From NCBI GenBank assembly GCA_002841115.1, contig PHEC01000001.1, forward strand, positions 39 through 64,038: a stretch of 64,000 nucleotides of DNA, in the 5' to 3' direction. The notes under the pieces were generated by a model. That model was not told the origin of the DNA and did no database searches. It saw only the letters and a list, made by a program, of their open reading frames with translations. This document shows, in pieces, positions 1-9,171 of the stretch (its first letter is position 1; each line of letters opens with the position of its first letter). A program made the translations under genes and the position numbers. The DNA is from Alphaproteobacteria bacterium HGW-Alphaproteobacteria-6 (GTDB taxonomy: Bacteria; Pseudomonadota; Alphaproteobacteria; Rhodobacterales; Rhodobacteraceae).

Positions 1-1
1 G

Positions 2-859
2 ATGGCGTCGAGCCTTTTCAACACGCTGGGGATTGTCGTCGGCGCCGCGGTGCTGGTGGCAAGCATCGTCAACCTGGCCTTTCCGGGTTTTGCCGTCGAT
101 GCGATTTTGGCCAAGAACATGATCTTCTTCTTCGGCCATGTCTTCATCAACGCCGCAATCTACATGGCGGTGATCGCGGTTTACGAGATCGTGCCGGAGT
201 ATACGGGCAAACCGTGGAAGACCACGCGCGTCTTCGCCATTGCCTGGAGCGTGGTGCTGGTCTTCGTGATGGCGGTCTATCCGCACCATCTGTTGCAGGA
301 TCTGCCGATGCCGACATGGGCGATGGCGATGGGACAGGTCGTGTCCTATTTCTCGGGCATTCCGCTGATTGCCGTTACCGCATTCTCGCTGCTGGTCTAT
401 CTGCGGCAGGCCAAGGCGATGCGCTGGGATCTGGCCTCGGCGCTCTTGGTTCTGGGCGTGGCGGGGTGGACCATCGGCTCGGCGCCCGCGATCCTTGACG
501 GGATGATCATGGTCAACAAGGTGATGCACAACACCCAATGGGTGCCGGGACATTTCCATATCTATCTGATCCTCGGCGAGGTGGCGATGGCGTTCGGCTT
601 CATGGCCTGGCTGGTGCGCCGTGAGGGCGAGGCGCTTGCCGGGCTGAACGGGGCGGCCTTCTGGGTCTATCTTGCCGGTGGGGCCGGGTTCGTGCTGATG
701 TTTCTTGTCTCCGGCGCGCTGTCGGTGCCACGGCGCTGGGCGGCACATCTGCCCGAATGGCACCTTCAGGCGCAGATCGCCAGCGCCTTCGCGGCGCTGG
801 TGATCCTCGGGGTCTCGGTCTTCGTGCTGCGCTATCTGGCGCGGCTTGGGCGGGGCTGA
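2..859 (+). CDS. Heme-copper oxidase superfamily subunit I, 5'-truncated by the window edge; probable sNOR-type nitric oxide reductase large subunit
   Basis: Polytopic membrane protein with FFFGHVFIN (His, with Asn at +4 where O2 reductases have Tyr), YPHH metal ligands and GHFH heme ligands; followed by a SCO gene. Confidence 0.75.
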   Translation: MASSLFNTLGIVVGAAVLVASIVNLAFPGFAVDAILAKNMIFFFGHVFINAAIYMAVIAVYEIVPEYTGKPWKTTRVFAIAWSVVLVFVMAVYPHHLLQDLPMPTWAMAMGQVVSYFSGIPLIAVTAFSLLVYLRQAKAMRWDLASALLVLGVAGWTIGSAPAILDGMIMVNKVMHNTQWVPGHFHIYLILGEVAMAFGFMAWLVRREGEALAGLNGAAFWVYLAGGAGFVLMFLVSGALSVPRRWAAHLPEWHLQAQIASAFAALVILGVSVFVLRYLARLGRG

Positions 860-863
860 GGGG

Positions 864-1466
864 GTGCACCCGGCACTTGCCAGCCTCGGCGCGCTCGCCC
901 TCGGCCTTGGCGCGTTGGGGCTGGCGACCGATGGATTTGCCGCGCTGACCACCGAAGGCGCGCGGCGTCTGGCGGCATTGCGCACCGCGCCCGAGATGCC
1001 GCGCGTGGCCATCGAGACGATGGCGGGCAGCATCGAGCCCCTGCCCGCCGCGTCCCGCGCCACGGTGGTCGAGTTCATCTACACCACCTGCCCCGATATC
1101 TGTCAGGCGGCGGGGGATGAGATGGCGCGGTTGCGCGACCGGCTGGCCAAGGGGCCGCTTTCGGGCCGCGTGCGGCTCGTCTCGGTCAGTTTCGATCCCG
1201 CGCGCGACGACCCCGCGCGCATGGCCGACTATGGGCGCTGGCACGAGGCCGATGGCGCGGTCTGGACCGTGGCGCGGCCGGCGGATGCACGGGATTTGCC
1301 AAACCTGCTCGATGCCTACGGTGTGACGGTGATCCCCGACCGGATCGGCGGCTTCACCCACAACACCGCGCTGCATGTCGTGACACCCGAAGGACGGCTG
1401 GCGGCGATCCTCGACATGGATGATCTCGCCGGCGCCGAAGCAGCGCTGGCGGGGGTTCTGCAATGA
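864..1466 (+). CDS. senC: SCO/SenC family copper chaperone
   Basis: FIYTTCPDIC (CxxxC), VSFDPARD, distal His (FTHN); GTG start at 864. Confidence 0.88.
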   Translation: MHPALASLGALALGLGALGLATDGFAALTTEGARRLAALRTAPEMPRVAIETMAGSIEPLPAASRATVVEFIYTTCPDICQAAGDEMARLRDRLAKGPLSGRVRLVSVSFDPARDDPARMADYGRWHEADGAVWTVARPADARDLPNLLDAYGVTVIPDRIGGFTHNTALHVVTPEGRLAAILDMDDLAGAEAALAGVLQ

Positions 1467-2035
1467 TCACCCGGGCCCTTGGCGCCGCCGCGCTGGTGCT
1501 GGTCGCGCTGGTGCTGCGCGCGCCGCTCGAGGCGCTGCCGCTGACCCATGTTCTGGTGCAACTGCCGATGCTGGCGCTGGCCGGCGCGGTGCTGGCCCCT
1601 GCCCTGGCCCTGGGGCGCGGCGACTGGAACCGGGGCGGCTGGGCCTGCCTGATCGTCGCGGGCGCAGGCATCGCCTTCTGGATGCTGCCGCGCAGCATCG
1701 ACGCGGCGCTGAGCGACCCGCTCTGGGAGATTGGCAAGTTCGTCTCGCTGCCGCTTCTCGTCGGCCTGCCCCTGCATCTCGGCTGGGCGCGGGCGCATCC
1801 GCTGTTGCGCGGGGTGCTCAAGGCGCAGGTCCTGTCGATGCTGGGGGTGCTGGCGTTTCTCTACACCCATGCGCCGGTCAGGCTCTGCAATGCCTATCTG
1901 GTCGAGGATCAGCATCGCCTTGGCCTGGGCTTTCTGGCGCTGGCGCTGGCGCTGGCGGCAAGCTGGGTGGCGCCGCTGATCTTTCCGCGCGCCGCGCCGC
2001 GCGCAGGCTTGCTCCCGAGGGAGAGGATCGCATGA
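1463..2035 (+). CDS. Hypothetical integral membrane protein (CtaG-like / orf1 of sNOR clusters)
   Basis: About 6 hydrophobic helices, HVLVQLPML and FWMLPRSID motifs; ATGA overlaps with both neighbours. Confidence 0.65.
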   Translation: MITRALGAAALVLVALVLRAPLEALPLTHVLVQLPMLALAGAVLAPALALGRGDWNRGGWACLIVAGAGIAFWMLPRSIDAALSDPLWEIGKFVSLPLLVGLPLHLGWARAHPLLRGVLKAQVLSMLGVLAFLYTHAPVRLCNAYLVEDQHRLGLGFLALALALAASWVAPLIFPRAAPRAGLLPRERIA

Positions 2036-2832
2036 CCATCGCCGAAACCGTTGCCCATTTCGCCCGCTATGCCGCGGGCAAGGATGCCACCCTGAGCGCC
2101 GACCCGATGGGCTTTGCCCTCTCGGCGATGAAGGCCGGGGCCTATGTCGGCATCGGCATCATCCTGATCTTCACGCTGGGCCAGACCGCCGACCCAAGCT
2201 GGCGCAACCTGGTGATGGGCGCGAGTTTCGGGATCGCCCTGACGCTGGTGATCTTCGCCGGCTCCGACCTTTTCACCGGCCACGCAATGTATGGCGCGCA
2301 TGGCTGGCTGTCGGGGACGTTGCGGGCCGACGCTGTGCTGCGGCTCTGGGCGGTCAGCTGGACCGGCAATCTGGCGGGGTCGGTGATCCTTGCCGCGCTT
2401 TTCGTGATCGGCGGCGGCGGCGTGGTGCTTCAGGCCGACGGCGTGGACCTTCTGCACAAGATCGCGCTCAAGAAGATGTCGGGCAATGCACCCGAACTGG
2501 TGGCGCGCGGGATGCTGTGCAACTGGCTGGTGTGCCTGGCGATCTGGACCTCGGCGCGCAGCAGCAACGACGCGGCCAAATGCATTCTGATCTTCTGGTG
2601 TCTCTTCGCCTTCATCGCCTCGGGGTTCGAGCATTCGGTGGCCAACATGACGGTGTTCGCGCTGGCGCTGATCTCGGCCCATCCGCCCGAGGTGAGTGCC
2701 ATCGGCGCGGGATGGAACCTCCTTTGGGTGACATTGGGCAACATCGCGTCCGGCGCGCTGGTCATGGGCTGGGGTTACTGGCGCATCGCTGGCCGGGCAC
2801 AAGCCGCGACAAGAACCCTCGCGGATACCTGA
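2032..2832 (+). CDS. nirC: Formate/nitrite transporter (FNT) family channel, NirC-like
   Basis: AGSDLFTG, WTGNLAG, MLCNWLVCLA, GFEHSVANM, VTLGNIASG motifs; RBS GGAG upstream. Confidence 0.88.
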   Translation: MTIAETVAHFARYAAGKDATLSADPMGFALSAMKAGAYVGIGIILIFTLGQTADPSWRNLVMGASFGIALTLVIFAGSDLFTGHAMYGAHGWLSGTLRADAVLRLWAVSWTGNLAGSVILAALFVIGGGGVVLQADGVDLLHKIALKKMSGNAPELVARGMLCNWLVCLAIWTSARSSNDAAKCILIFWCLFAFIASGFEHSVANMTVFALALISAHPPEVSAIGAGWNLLWVTLGNIASGALVMGWGYWRIAGRAQAATRTLADT

Positions 2833-2887
2833 CCCGATCCGGCCACAAGCCGCGATGCCCGGGCCAACAGAGATCGTGCATCCCGTT

Positions 2888-3055
2888 CAGCCCGCCCGAC
2901 AGGTGAACCTGTTCATGGGAGCAAAGCCCGTCGGTGCAGAACCACTCATCCTCGGGGCTGCGGTAGATCGCGAAGGTCCGCCCGGCGTGATCGAAACGCA
3001 TCACGTCCTCGGCCTCGACATCATCCACGCCACAGGCGTCAATCCACTCGGTCAT
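2888..3055 (-). pseudogene. mocE: 3'-truncated MocE-type Rieske [2Fe-2S] ferredoxin
   Basis: MTEWIDACGVDDVEAEDVMRFDHAGRTFAIYRS..FCTDGLCSHEQVHL contains the first Rieske CxH box; the second CxxH box is absent. Confidence 0.7.
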
Positions 3056-3250
3056 CGGCGCACTCCGGCAGTCGGTCGAGGAATTCGGCGAAGGCATCGC
3101 CGGCGTCCACAGGGGATCGATGATCGACAGCATGTCGATTCCGGCCGCCGATGCCGCCGCCGCCTCCTCCGGGGTCTCGACGAACAGCATGGAAAGCTGC
3201 CGGACACCTTTCAGCGCGCGGATGTCGGCCACCGTCTTGCGTGGACTTAT
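3056..3250 (-). pseudogene. Remnant of a PanB-like (ketopantoate hydroxymethyltransferase-like) gene, internally deleted
   Basis: KTVADIRALKGVRQLSMLFVETPEEAAAASAAGIDMLSI resembles a PanB-family N-terminus; only ~45 codons remain. Confidence 0.55.
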
Positions 3251-3397
3251 AATTCCAATTGATCCCTATTTGTAGAATATTTGTGTCACGCATTTCGCCT
3301 TTGGCAATCGGAATTTTCGCGCCGGAAGGCCCCCCGCCTGTCCCCCGCCCGCACCGCCGGCCTGAAGGCGCATTGCCAAGCGGGGCGGCGACAGAAT

Positions 3398-3411
3398 AGA
3401 ACATATCTTCC
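3398..3411. promoter_or_regulatory. Putative IolR operator (degenerate)
   Basis: AGAA-CATATC-TTCC, one mismatch to GGAA-N6-TTCC, upstream of iolR. Confidence 0.45.
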
Positions 3412-3460
3412 ACAAGGCGATGCGTGGCAGAATACCGGGGCGCCGCGGAAAGGAATGCCG

Positions 3461-4279
3461 ATGTCCGACAACGATGTGCCAGGGTCGATCGAGGCGTTCC
3501 AGGCCCGGCTTGTCGCAATCTCCGAAGGCTTGCCGAAGCGGCTGCGGCAATGCGCCGACTACATCGCGCTCAACACCGACCGGATCGCGGTTTCGACGGT
3601 GGCCGAACTGTCGGCGGCGGCCGGGGTGCAGCCCTCGGCCTTCATGCGGTTCTGCCAGCTCATGGGCTTTTCGGGGTTCTCCGAAATGCAGCGGATGTTC
3701 CGCGACACCTACATGGACCGCTGGCCCGACTACCCGACCCGGCTGGAAAAGCTGCGCGCCAACGGGGGCGACAGCCCGGCAGCCCTTCTGGCCGAGTTCA
3801 TCGAGGCCGGGCGGGCCTCGTTGCAGAATCTGGCCAGCGGCGTCGATCCCGTCGTGCTCGATCGCGCGGTGACGATCCTGGCGCAGGCCGGAACCATCCA
3901 TCTGGTCGGGATGCGCCGGGCGCTGCCGATCGCCGCCTATCTCAGCTATTCGCTGGAAAAGATGGAAGTGCCGGTGATGCTGCACGACGGTGTCGGCAGA
4001 CTTGACATGCGTCATGCGCTGCGTCCGGGCGATGCGCTGATCGCGATCACCTTCGCGCCCTATACCGACGCCACCATCGATCTGGCGCGGCACGCCCACG
4101 ACCGGGGCCTGCCGGTGGTCGCGATCACCGATGCGATGAACAGTCCGCTGAACCGAATCGGTGCGACCAGCCTTCTGGTGGCCGAGGTCGATGTCGGCAT
4201 GTTCCGCACGCTGTCGGCCTCGCTGGCGCTGGCGCTGGCGCTGGCGGTGGCAATCGGCACCCGACGTTCGGGAAGATAG
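3461..4279 (+). CDS. iolR: RpiR/MurR family transcriptional regulator (IolR)
   Basis: N-terminal HTH (STVAELSAAAGVQPSAFMRFCQLMGFSGFSEMQ) plus SIS domain; directly upstream of iolC; RBS AAAGGA. Confidence 0.85.
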   Translation: MSDNDVPGSIEAFQARLVAISEGLPKRLRQCADYIALNTDRIAVSTVAELSAAAGVQPSAFMRFCQLMGFSGFSEMQRMFRDTYMDRWPDYPTRLEKLRANGGDSPAALLAEFIEAGRASLQNLASGVDPVVLDRAVTILAQAGTIHLVGMRRALPIAAYLSYSLEKMEVPVMLHDGVGRLDMRHALRPGDALIAITFAPYTDATIDLARHAHDRGLPVVAITDAMNSPLNRIGATSLLVAEVDVGMFRTLSASLALALALAVAIGTRRSGR

Positions 4280-4288
4280 AATTTTCGG

Positions 4289-4322
4289 TTGCAAATTTCT
4301 CTGAACGGAATATTTATTCCGT
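4289..4322 (+). promoter_or_regulatory. iolC promoter with overlapping IolR operator
   Basis: -35-like TTGCAA at 4289; inverted repeat ACGGAATA-TT-TATTCCGT (4305-4322) containing GGAA-N6-TTCC. Confidence 0.7.
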
Positions 4323-4382
4323 ATGGGCATCCCGAAGCGATCCTCCGCGGCGGCTGTCCGGCATCCGGCACCGGAGGGAAAC

Positions 4383-6326
4383 ATGCTTGACCTGATCACC
4401 ATTGGCCGATCCTCGGTCGACCTTTACGGCGCGCAGGTCGGCGGGCGGCTTGAAGACATGGCGTCGTTTCAGAAATACATCGGCGGCAGCCCGACCAACA
4501 TGGCCGCCGGGACCGCGCGGCTGGGGTTGCGCTCGGCGCTGATCACCCGGGTCGGCGACGAACACATGGGCCGCTTCATCCGCGAGGAACTGGCGCGCGA
4601 GGGCGTCGATACCCGCGGGGTGAAGACCGATCCCGAGCGGCTGACGGCGCTGGTGCTGCTCGGCATCCGCGACGAGGACCGGTTTCCCCTGATCTTCTAC
4701 CGCGAGAATTGCGCCGACATGGCGCTGTGCGAGGATGACATCGATCCCGCCTTCATCGCCGAGGCACGCTGCGTCACCGTCACCGGCACCCATCTCAGCC
4801 ATCCGCGCACCGAGGCGGCGGTGCTGAAGGCGCTGCGGCTGGCGCGCGAGGGCGGCGCGCGGACCGCGCTCGACATCGACTACCGGCCCAATCTCTGGGG
4901 TCTGTCGGGCCATGGCGACGGCGAGAACCGCTTCATCGAAAGCGCCGCGGTCACCGAACGGCTGCAAGCGACGCTGCATCTTTTCGACCTGATCGTCGGC
5001 ACCGAGGAAGAATTCCACATCGCCGGCGGATCGACCGACACGCTGACCGCACTCGGGGCGGTGCGCGCGGTCTCCGCTGCCACGCTGGTCTGCAAGCGCG
5101 GGCCGATGGGGGCGGTGGCCTTCACCGGCGCGATCCCCGACAGCCTTGACGCCGGCATCAGGGGTCAGGGCTTTCCGATCGAGGTCTTCAACGTCCTGGG
5201 CGCCGGCGACGGCTTCATGTCGGGTCTGCTGAAAGGCTGGCTGACCGGCGAGGACTGGCCGACCAGCCTCAAGTTCGCCAATGCCTGCGGCGCCTTCGCG
5301 GTTTCCCGCCACGGCTGCACCCCGGCCTACCCGAGCGAGGCGGAACTGGCGTTCTTCCTGGCCCGTGGCGTGGTGACGCCGGCCCTGCGCAAGGACGGCG
5401 CGCTTGAGCAGATCCACTGGTCGACCAACCGGCACCGGTCGCATGGCGGCGACTGGTCCGAAATGCGGGTCTTTGCCTTCGACCACCGGATGCAGATGGA
5501 AGAGATCGCGCGCGAGGCCGGCGCCGACCCGGCACGGATCGGCGCGTTCAAGTCGCTCTGCCTGCAGGCCGCCGAGACGGTCGCAAACGGGCGGCCCGGC
5601 TACGGCATCCTCTGTGACGGGCGGCTCGGGCGGCGCGCGCTTTACGCTGCGGCCGGGCAGGGGCTGTGGATCGGCCGGCCGGTGGAATGGCCGGGCTCGC
5701 GCCCGCTTTCGCTTGAGCCGGCGATCGGACCGGATTGCGGCGGGCTTGCGGAATGGCCGCTGGCGCATGTCGTCAAGGTGCTGTGCTTTTACCACCCCGA
5801 CGACGATGCGGCGATGAAGGCGGATCAGGAGGCGACGGTGACGCGGCTTTTCCACGCCGCGCGGCGCAACCGGCTGGAGATGCTCTTGGAGATCATCCCC
5901 TCGAAGGTCGGGCCGGTCGACGACAGGACCTCGGCCCGGGTGATCCAGCGCTTCTACGATATCGGCGTCTATCCCGACTGGTGGAAGCTGGAACCCTTCG
6001 AGACCGATGCCGCCTGGGCCAATGCCTGTGCCGCGATCGAGGCCAATGATCCCCATACCCGCGGTGTCGTGGTGCTTGGCCTCGATGCGCCGCCCGACCG
6101 GCTGGCGGCGTCTTTCGCCAAGGCGGCGCGCCAGCCGCTGGTCAAGGGCTTTGCGGTCGGCCGGACGATCTTTGCCGAGGCGGCGCGCGGCTGGCTGGGC
6201 GGAACCATGGATGATGCGGCGGCGGTGGCCGACATGGCGGCGCGCTACGCCGCACTTTGCGCGGCCTGGGACAGGGCGCGGGCGGAAGAGCCGGCGGCGC
6301 TGGCCGCGACTGGGGGGGCAGAATGA
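4383..6326 (+). CDS. iolC: 5-dehydro-2-deoxygluconokinase with C-terminal DUF2090 aldolase-like domain
   Basis: PfkB motifs GGSPTN and NVLGAGDGF; C-terminal FAFDHR, PDWWKLEP, GFAVGRTIF. Confidence 0.95.
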   Translation: MLDLITIGRSSVDLYGAQVGGRLEDMASFQKYIGGSPTNMAAGTARLGLRSALITRVGDEHMGRFIREELAREGVDTRGVKTDPERLTALVLLGIRDEDRFPLIFYRENCADMALCEDDIDPAFIAEARCVTVTGTHLSHPRTEAAVLKALRLAREGGARTALDIDYRPNLWGLSGHGDGENRFIESAAVTERLQATLHLFDLIVGTEEEFHIAGGSTDTLTALGAVRAVSAATLVCKRGPMGAVAFTGAIPDSLDAGIRGQGFPIEVFNVLGAGDGFMSGLLKGWLTGEDWPTSLKFANACGAFAVSRHGCTPAYPSEAELAFFLARGVVTPALRKDGALEQIHWSTNRHRSHGGDWSEMRVFAFDHRMQMEEIAREAGADPARIGAFKSLCLQAAETVANGRPGYGILCDGRLGRRALYAAAGQGLWIGRPVEWPGSRPLSLEPAIGPDCGGLAEWPLAHVVKVLCFYHPDDDAAMKADQEATVTRLFHAARRNRLEMLLEIIPSKVGPVDDRTSARVIQRFYDIGVYPDWWKLEPFETDAAWANACAAIEANDPHTRGVVVLGLDAPPDRLAASFAKAARQPLVKGFAVGRTIFAEAARGWLGGTMDDAAAVADMAARYAALCAAWDRARAEEPAALAATGGAE

Positions 6327-8158
6327 CCACGACGATCCGACTGACCGCCGCGCAGGCGATGATGCGCTGGCTGAGCGTGCAGATGACCGAGGAGGGGACG
6401 CGGTTCATCGACGGCGTCTGGGCGATCTTCGGCCATGGCAACGTCGCCGGGATCGGCGAGGCGCTGCACGGCATCGGTGACGCGCTTCCGACCTGGCGGG
6501 GGCAGAACGAACAGACCATGGCCCATGCCGCCATCGCCTATGCCAAGACGAAAAGGCGCCGGCAGGCCCATGCGGTGACCTCGTCGATCGGGCCCGGCGC
6601 CACCAACATGGTGACGGCGGCGGCGCTGGCCCATGTCAACCGCCTGCCGGTCCTGTTCATCCCGGGCGATGTCTTTGCCAGCCGCCGCCCCGATCCGGTC
6701 CTGCAGCAGATCGAGGATTTCGACGATGGCACGATCAGTGCCAATGACTGCTTCCGCCCGGTGGTGCGCTATTTCGACCGGATCAGCCGGCCCGAGCATC
6801 TTCTGACCTGCCTGCCGCGGGCCATGGCGGTGATGACCGATCCGGCCAACTGCGGCCCGGTCTGCCTTGCCTTCTGCCAGGACGTGCAGGCCGAGGCCTT
6901 CGATTTTCCCGAAAGCTTCTTCGCCCCGAAGATCTGGCGCATCCGCCGGCCCGAGCCCGACCCGCGCGAGGTCGACGATGTCGCCGCGATGATCCGCGCC
7001 GCCAAGGTGCCGGTGATCGTCGCCGGCGGCGGCGTGGTCTATTCCGGGGCCGAGGCCGATCTGGCCCGCTTTGCCCGGGCGCACAACATCCCCTTCGTCG
7101 AGACCCAGGCCGGCAAGGGGGCGACCGCGGCATCGGATGCCTTCAACTTCGGCTCGCCGGGGGTTACCGGCTCGGCCTCGGGCAACGCGCTTTGCGCGAA
7201 GGCCGATCTGGTGATCGGGGTCGGCACGCGGTTTCAGGACTTCACCACCGGGTCGTGGACGGTCTTTGCCAATCCGGCCCGTCGGCTGGTGTCGATCAAC
7301 CTTGCCGGGCACGACGCGACCAAGCATGGCGCGGTGCCGGTGGTGGGCGACGCGAAGGCAGTGCTGGCGAAGCTGTCGGCCGCCCTCGGCGGGCACCGCG
7401 CGCCGGCTTTCGATGCGGTCTCGCGGGTCGAATGGCAGGCGGTGGTGCGCCGGGTGACGGCAGCGCCGGAGGCCGAGGCCAACGCGCTGCCCACCGATGC
7501 GCAGGTGATCGGCGCGGTGCAAAGGGTGGCGACGGAGCGGACCGTGGCGATGTGCGCGGCCGGCACCATGCCCGGCGCCCTGCAGGTGCTGTGGCAGGCG
7601 GCGGCCGGCGGCTATCACATGGAATACGGCTATAGCTGCATGGGCTACGAGATTGCCGGGGCCATGGGCATCAAGCTTGCCGCACCGCAGAAGGAGGTGA
7701 TCTGTTTTGTCGGCGACGGCAGCTACATGATGGCCAATTCCGAACTGGCGACCGCGGTGATGCGCCGGGTGGCCTTCACCGTGGTGCTGACCGACAACCG
7801 CGGCTATGGCTGCATCAACCGGTTGCAGATCGACTGCGGCGGCGCCGAGTTCAACAATCTCTATGCCTCGTCGAACGTCGAGGTCCAGCCCGGGATCGAC
7901 TTCGTCGCCCATGCCCGCGCCATGGGGGCCCATGCCGAGAAGGCGGACAGCATCGCCGATCTCGAGGCGAAGATCGTCGCGGCGCGGGGGCGCGACATTC
8001 CCAGCGTCATCGTGATCGATACCGATCCGGTGCCCGGCACCGGGGTTGGCGGCCATTGGTGGGATGTGGCGGTGCCCGAGGCGGGCGGGCCGGAGCGGCT
8101 GGAGACGGCGCGCCGGAAGCATGGCGAGAATGCCGCAAGGCAGCGCGCCTGGGACTGA
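6323..8158 (+). CDS. iolD: 3D-(3,5/4)-trihydroxycyclohexane-1,2-dione acylhydrolase
   Basis: TIRLTAAQA, IFGHGNVAG, HMEYGYSCMGYE, TPP motif GDGSYMM. Confidence 0.96.
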   Translation: MTTTIRLTAAQAMMRWLSVQMTEEGTRFIDGVWAIFGHGNVAGIGEALHGIGDALPTWRGQNEQTMAHAAIAYAKTKRRRQAHAVTSSIGPGATNMVTAAALAHVNRLPVLFIPGDVFASRRPDPVLQQIEDFDDGTISANDCFRPVVRYFDRISRPEHLLTCLPRAMAVMTDPANCGPVCLAFCQDVQAEAFDFPESFFAPKIWRIRRPEPDPREVDDVAAMIRAAKVPVIVAGGGVVYSGAEADLARFARAHNIPFVETQAGKGATAASDAFNFGSPGVTGSASGNALCAKADLVIGVGTRFQDFTTGSWTVFANPARRLVSINLAGHDATKHGAVPVVGDAKAVLAKLSAALGGHRAPAFDAVSRVEWQAVVRRVTAAPEAEANALPTDAQVIGAVQRVATERTVAMCAAGTMPGALQVLWQAAAGGYHMEYGYSCMGYEIAGAMGIKLAAPQKEVICFVGDGSYMMANSELATAVMRRVAFTVVLTDNRGYGCINRLQIDCGGAEFNNLYASSNVEVQPGIDFVAHARAMGAHAEKADSIADLEAKIVAARGRDIPSVIVIDTDPVPGTGVGGHWWDVAVPEAGGPERLETARRKHGENAARQRAWD

Positions 8159-8159
8159 A

Positions 8160-8228
8160 GGGGAAGGGGGCGCTGCCCCCTCGGCCCCAGGGGGCCTCAC
8201 CCCCGAGGTATTTCGACCAAGATGAAAG
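8160..8228 (+). repeat. Intergenic GC-rich palindromic repeat of a Rhodobacteraceae-type REP-like family
   Basis: GGGGGCGCTGCCCCC hairpin, then GGCCCC..GGGGCC, then CCCCCGAGGTATTT..CAAGATGAA tail; single copy in this window. Confidence 0.45.
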
Positions 8229-8247
8229 CATATCGGAGCAAGACGCG

Positions 8248-9150
8248 ATGATCCTTTTCGGCACCAACCCGATCGCCTGGGCCAATGACGACGACCAGAG
8301 GATCGGCGCCGACATCCCGACGGCGCGGATCCTTGACGAGGCCGGCCGGCAGATCGGTTTTGACGGCATCGAGAACGGCCACCGCTGGCCCGACGATCCG
8401 GCGGCGTTGAAGGCGCTTCTCGGCGGATACGGGCTGCGGTTCGTTTCGGGCTGGTATTCGACCGAACTTCTGCTGCGGTCGGTCGAGGAAGAGATCAGCG
8501 CGGTGCAGCCGCATCTGGCCAAGCTGAAGCATAACGGCTGCAAGGTCTGCATCGTCTGCGAATGTTCCAATGCGGTGCATGGCCGGCCCGATGTGGCGGT
8601 GAATGACCGGCCGCGCCTGACCGGCGCCGGGATGGCGGCCTTCGGGGCGAAGCTGGAAGCCTTCGCGCAATACCTGGCCGGCGAGGGCATCACGCTGGTC
8701 TATCACCATCACATGGGCACCGTGGTCGAGAGCCCCGAGGACATCGACGCCCTGATGGCGGCGACCGGGCCGGCGACCCATCTGTTGTTCGATGCCGGGC
8801 ACTGCGCCTTTGGCGGCGGCGATCCGGTGGCGGTGCTGACGCGCCATGTCGGCCGGGTCCGCCATTTCCACGCCAAGAACATCCGCCCCGGGATCACCGC
8901 CCGGGTGCGGGCCGAGGGTCTGAGCTTTCTTCAAGGCGTGCTGGCCGGCGCCTTCACGGTTCCGGGCGATCAGGAGGGGGCGGTGGATTTCAAGCCGCTT
9001 TTGCAGATCCTCGCCGATGCCGGTTATGACGGCTGGATCGTGATCGAGGCCGAACAGGACCCCAAGCTGCGCAACCCGCTGCTGTATCAGACGCTGGGCC
9101 TGGCGACGTTGAAACGGCTGGCCCGCGAGGTCGGCCTTGAGCGCGGCTGA
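8248..9150 (+). CDS. iolE: Myo-inosose-2 dehydratase
   Basis: GTNPIAWANDD, YHHHMGT, FTVPGD, IEAEQDP. Confidence 0.95.
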   Translation: MILFGTNPIAWANDDDQRIGADIPTARILDEAGRQIGFDGIENGHRWPDDPAALKALLGGYGLRFVSGWYSTELLLRSVEEEISAVQPHLAKLKHNGCKVCIVCECSNAVHGRPDVAVNDRPRLTGAGMAAFGAKLEAFAQYLAGEGITLVYHHHMGTVVESPEDIDALMAATGPATHLLFDAGHCAFGGGDPVAVLTRHVGRVRHFHAKNIRPGITARVRAEGLSFLQGVLAGAFTVPGDQEGAVDFKPLLQILADAGYDGWIVIEAEQDPKLRNPLLYQTLGLATLKRLAREVGLERG

Positions 9151-9171
9151 CAGGCCGGAAAGGACGAGGCG

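Noticed and set aside
2-859. Call as ordinary cytochrome c oxidase subunit I (ctaD/ccoN)
   Set aside because: It lacks the HPEVY/HPxVY Tyr and the cbb3-type motifs; Asn occupies the position.
2762-3232. 156-aa ORF as a genuine novel fusion protein
   Set aside because: Both halves are fragments and the second Rieske ligand box is missing; better explained as a pseudogene scar.
4222-4246. (CTGGCG)n hexamer runs here and near 1935-1958 as phase-variation tracts
   Set aside because: In-frame Leu-Ala repeats in hydrophobic helices; unit changes would not shift the frame.
8056-8247. N-terminal extensions in the ORF track (iolE, also glpD, leuS, lepA, GntR, nirC)
   Set aside because: Family-typical N-termini and RBS positions support the downstream starts; the extensions run through neighbouring genes or repeats.
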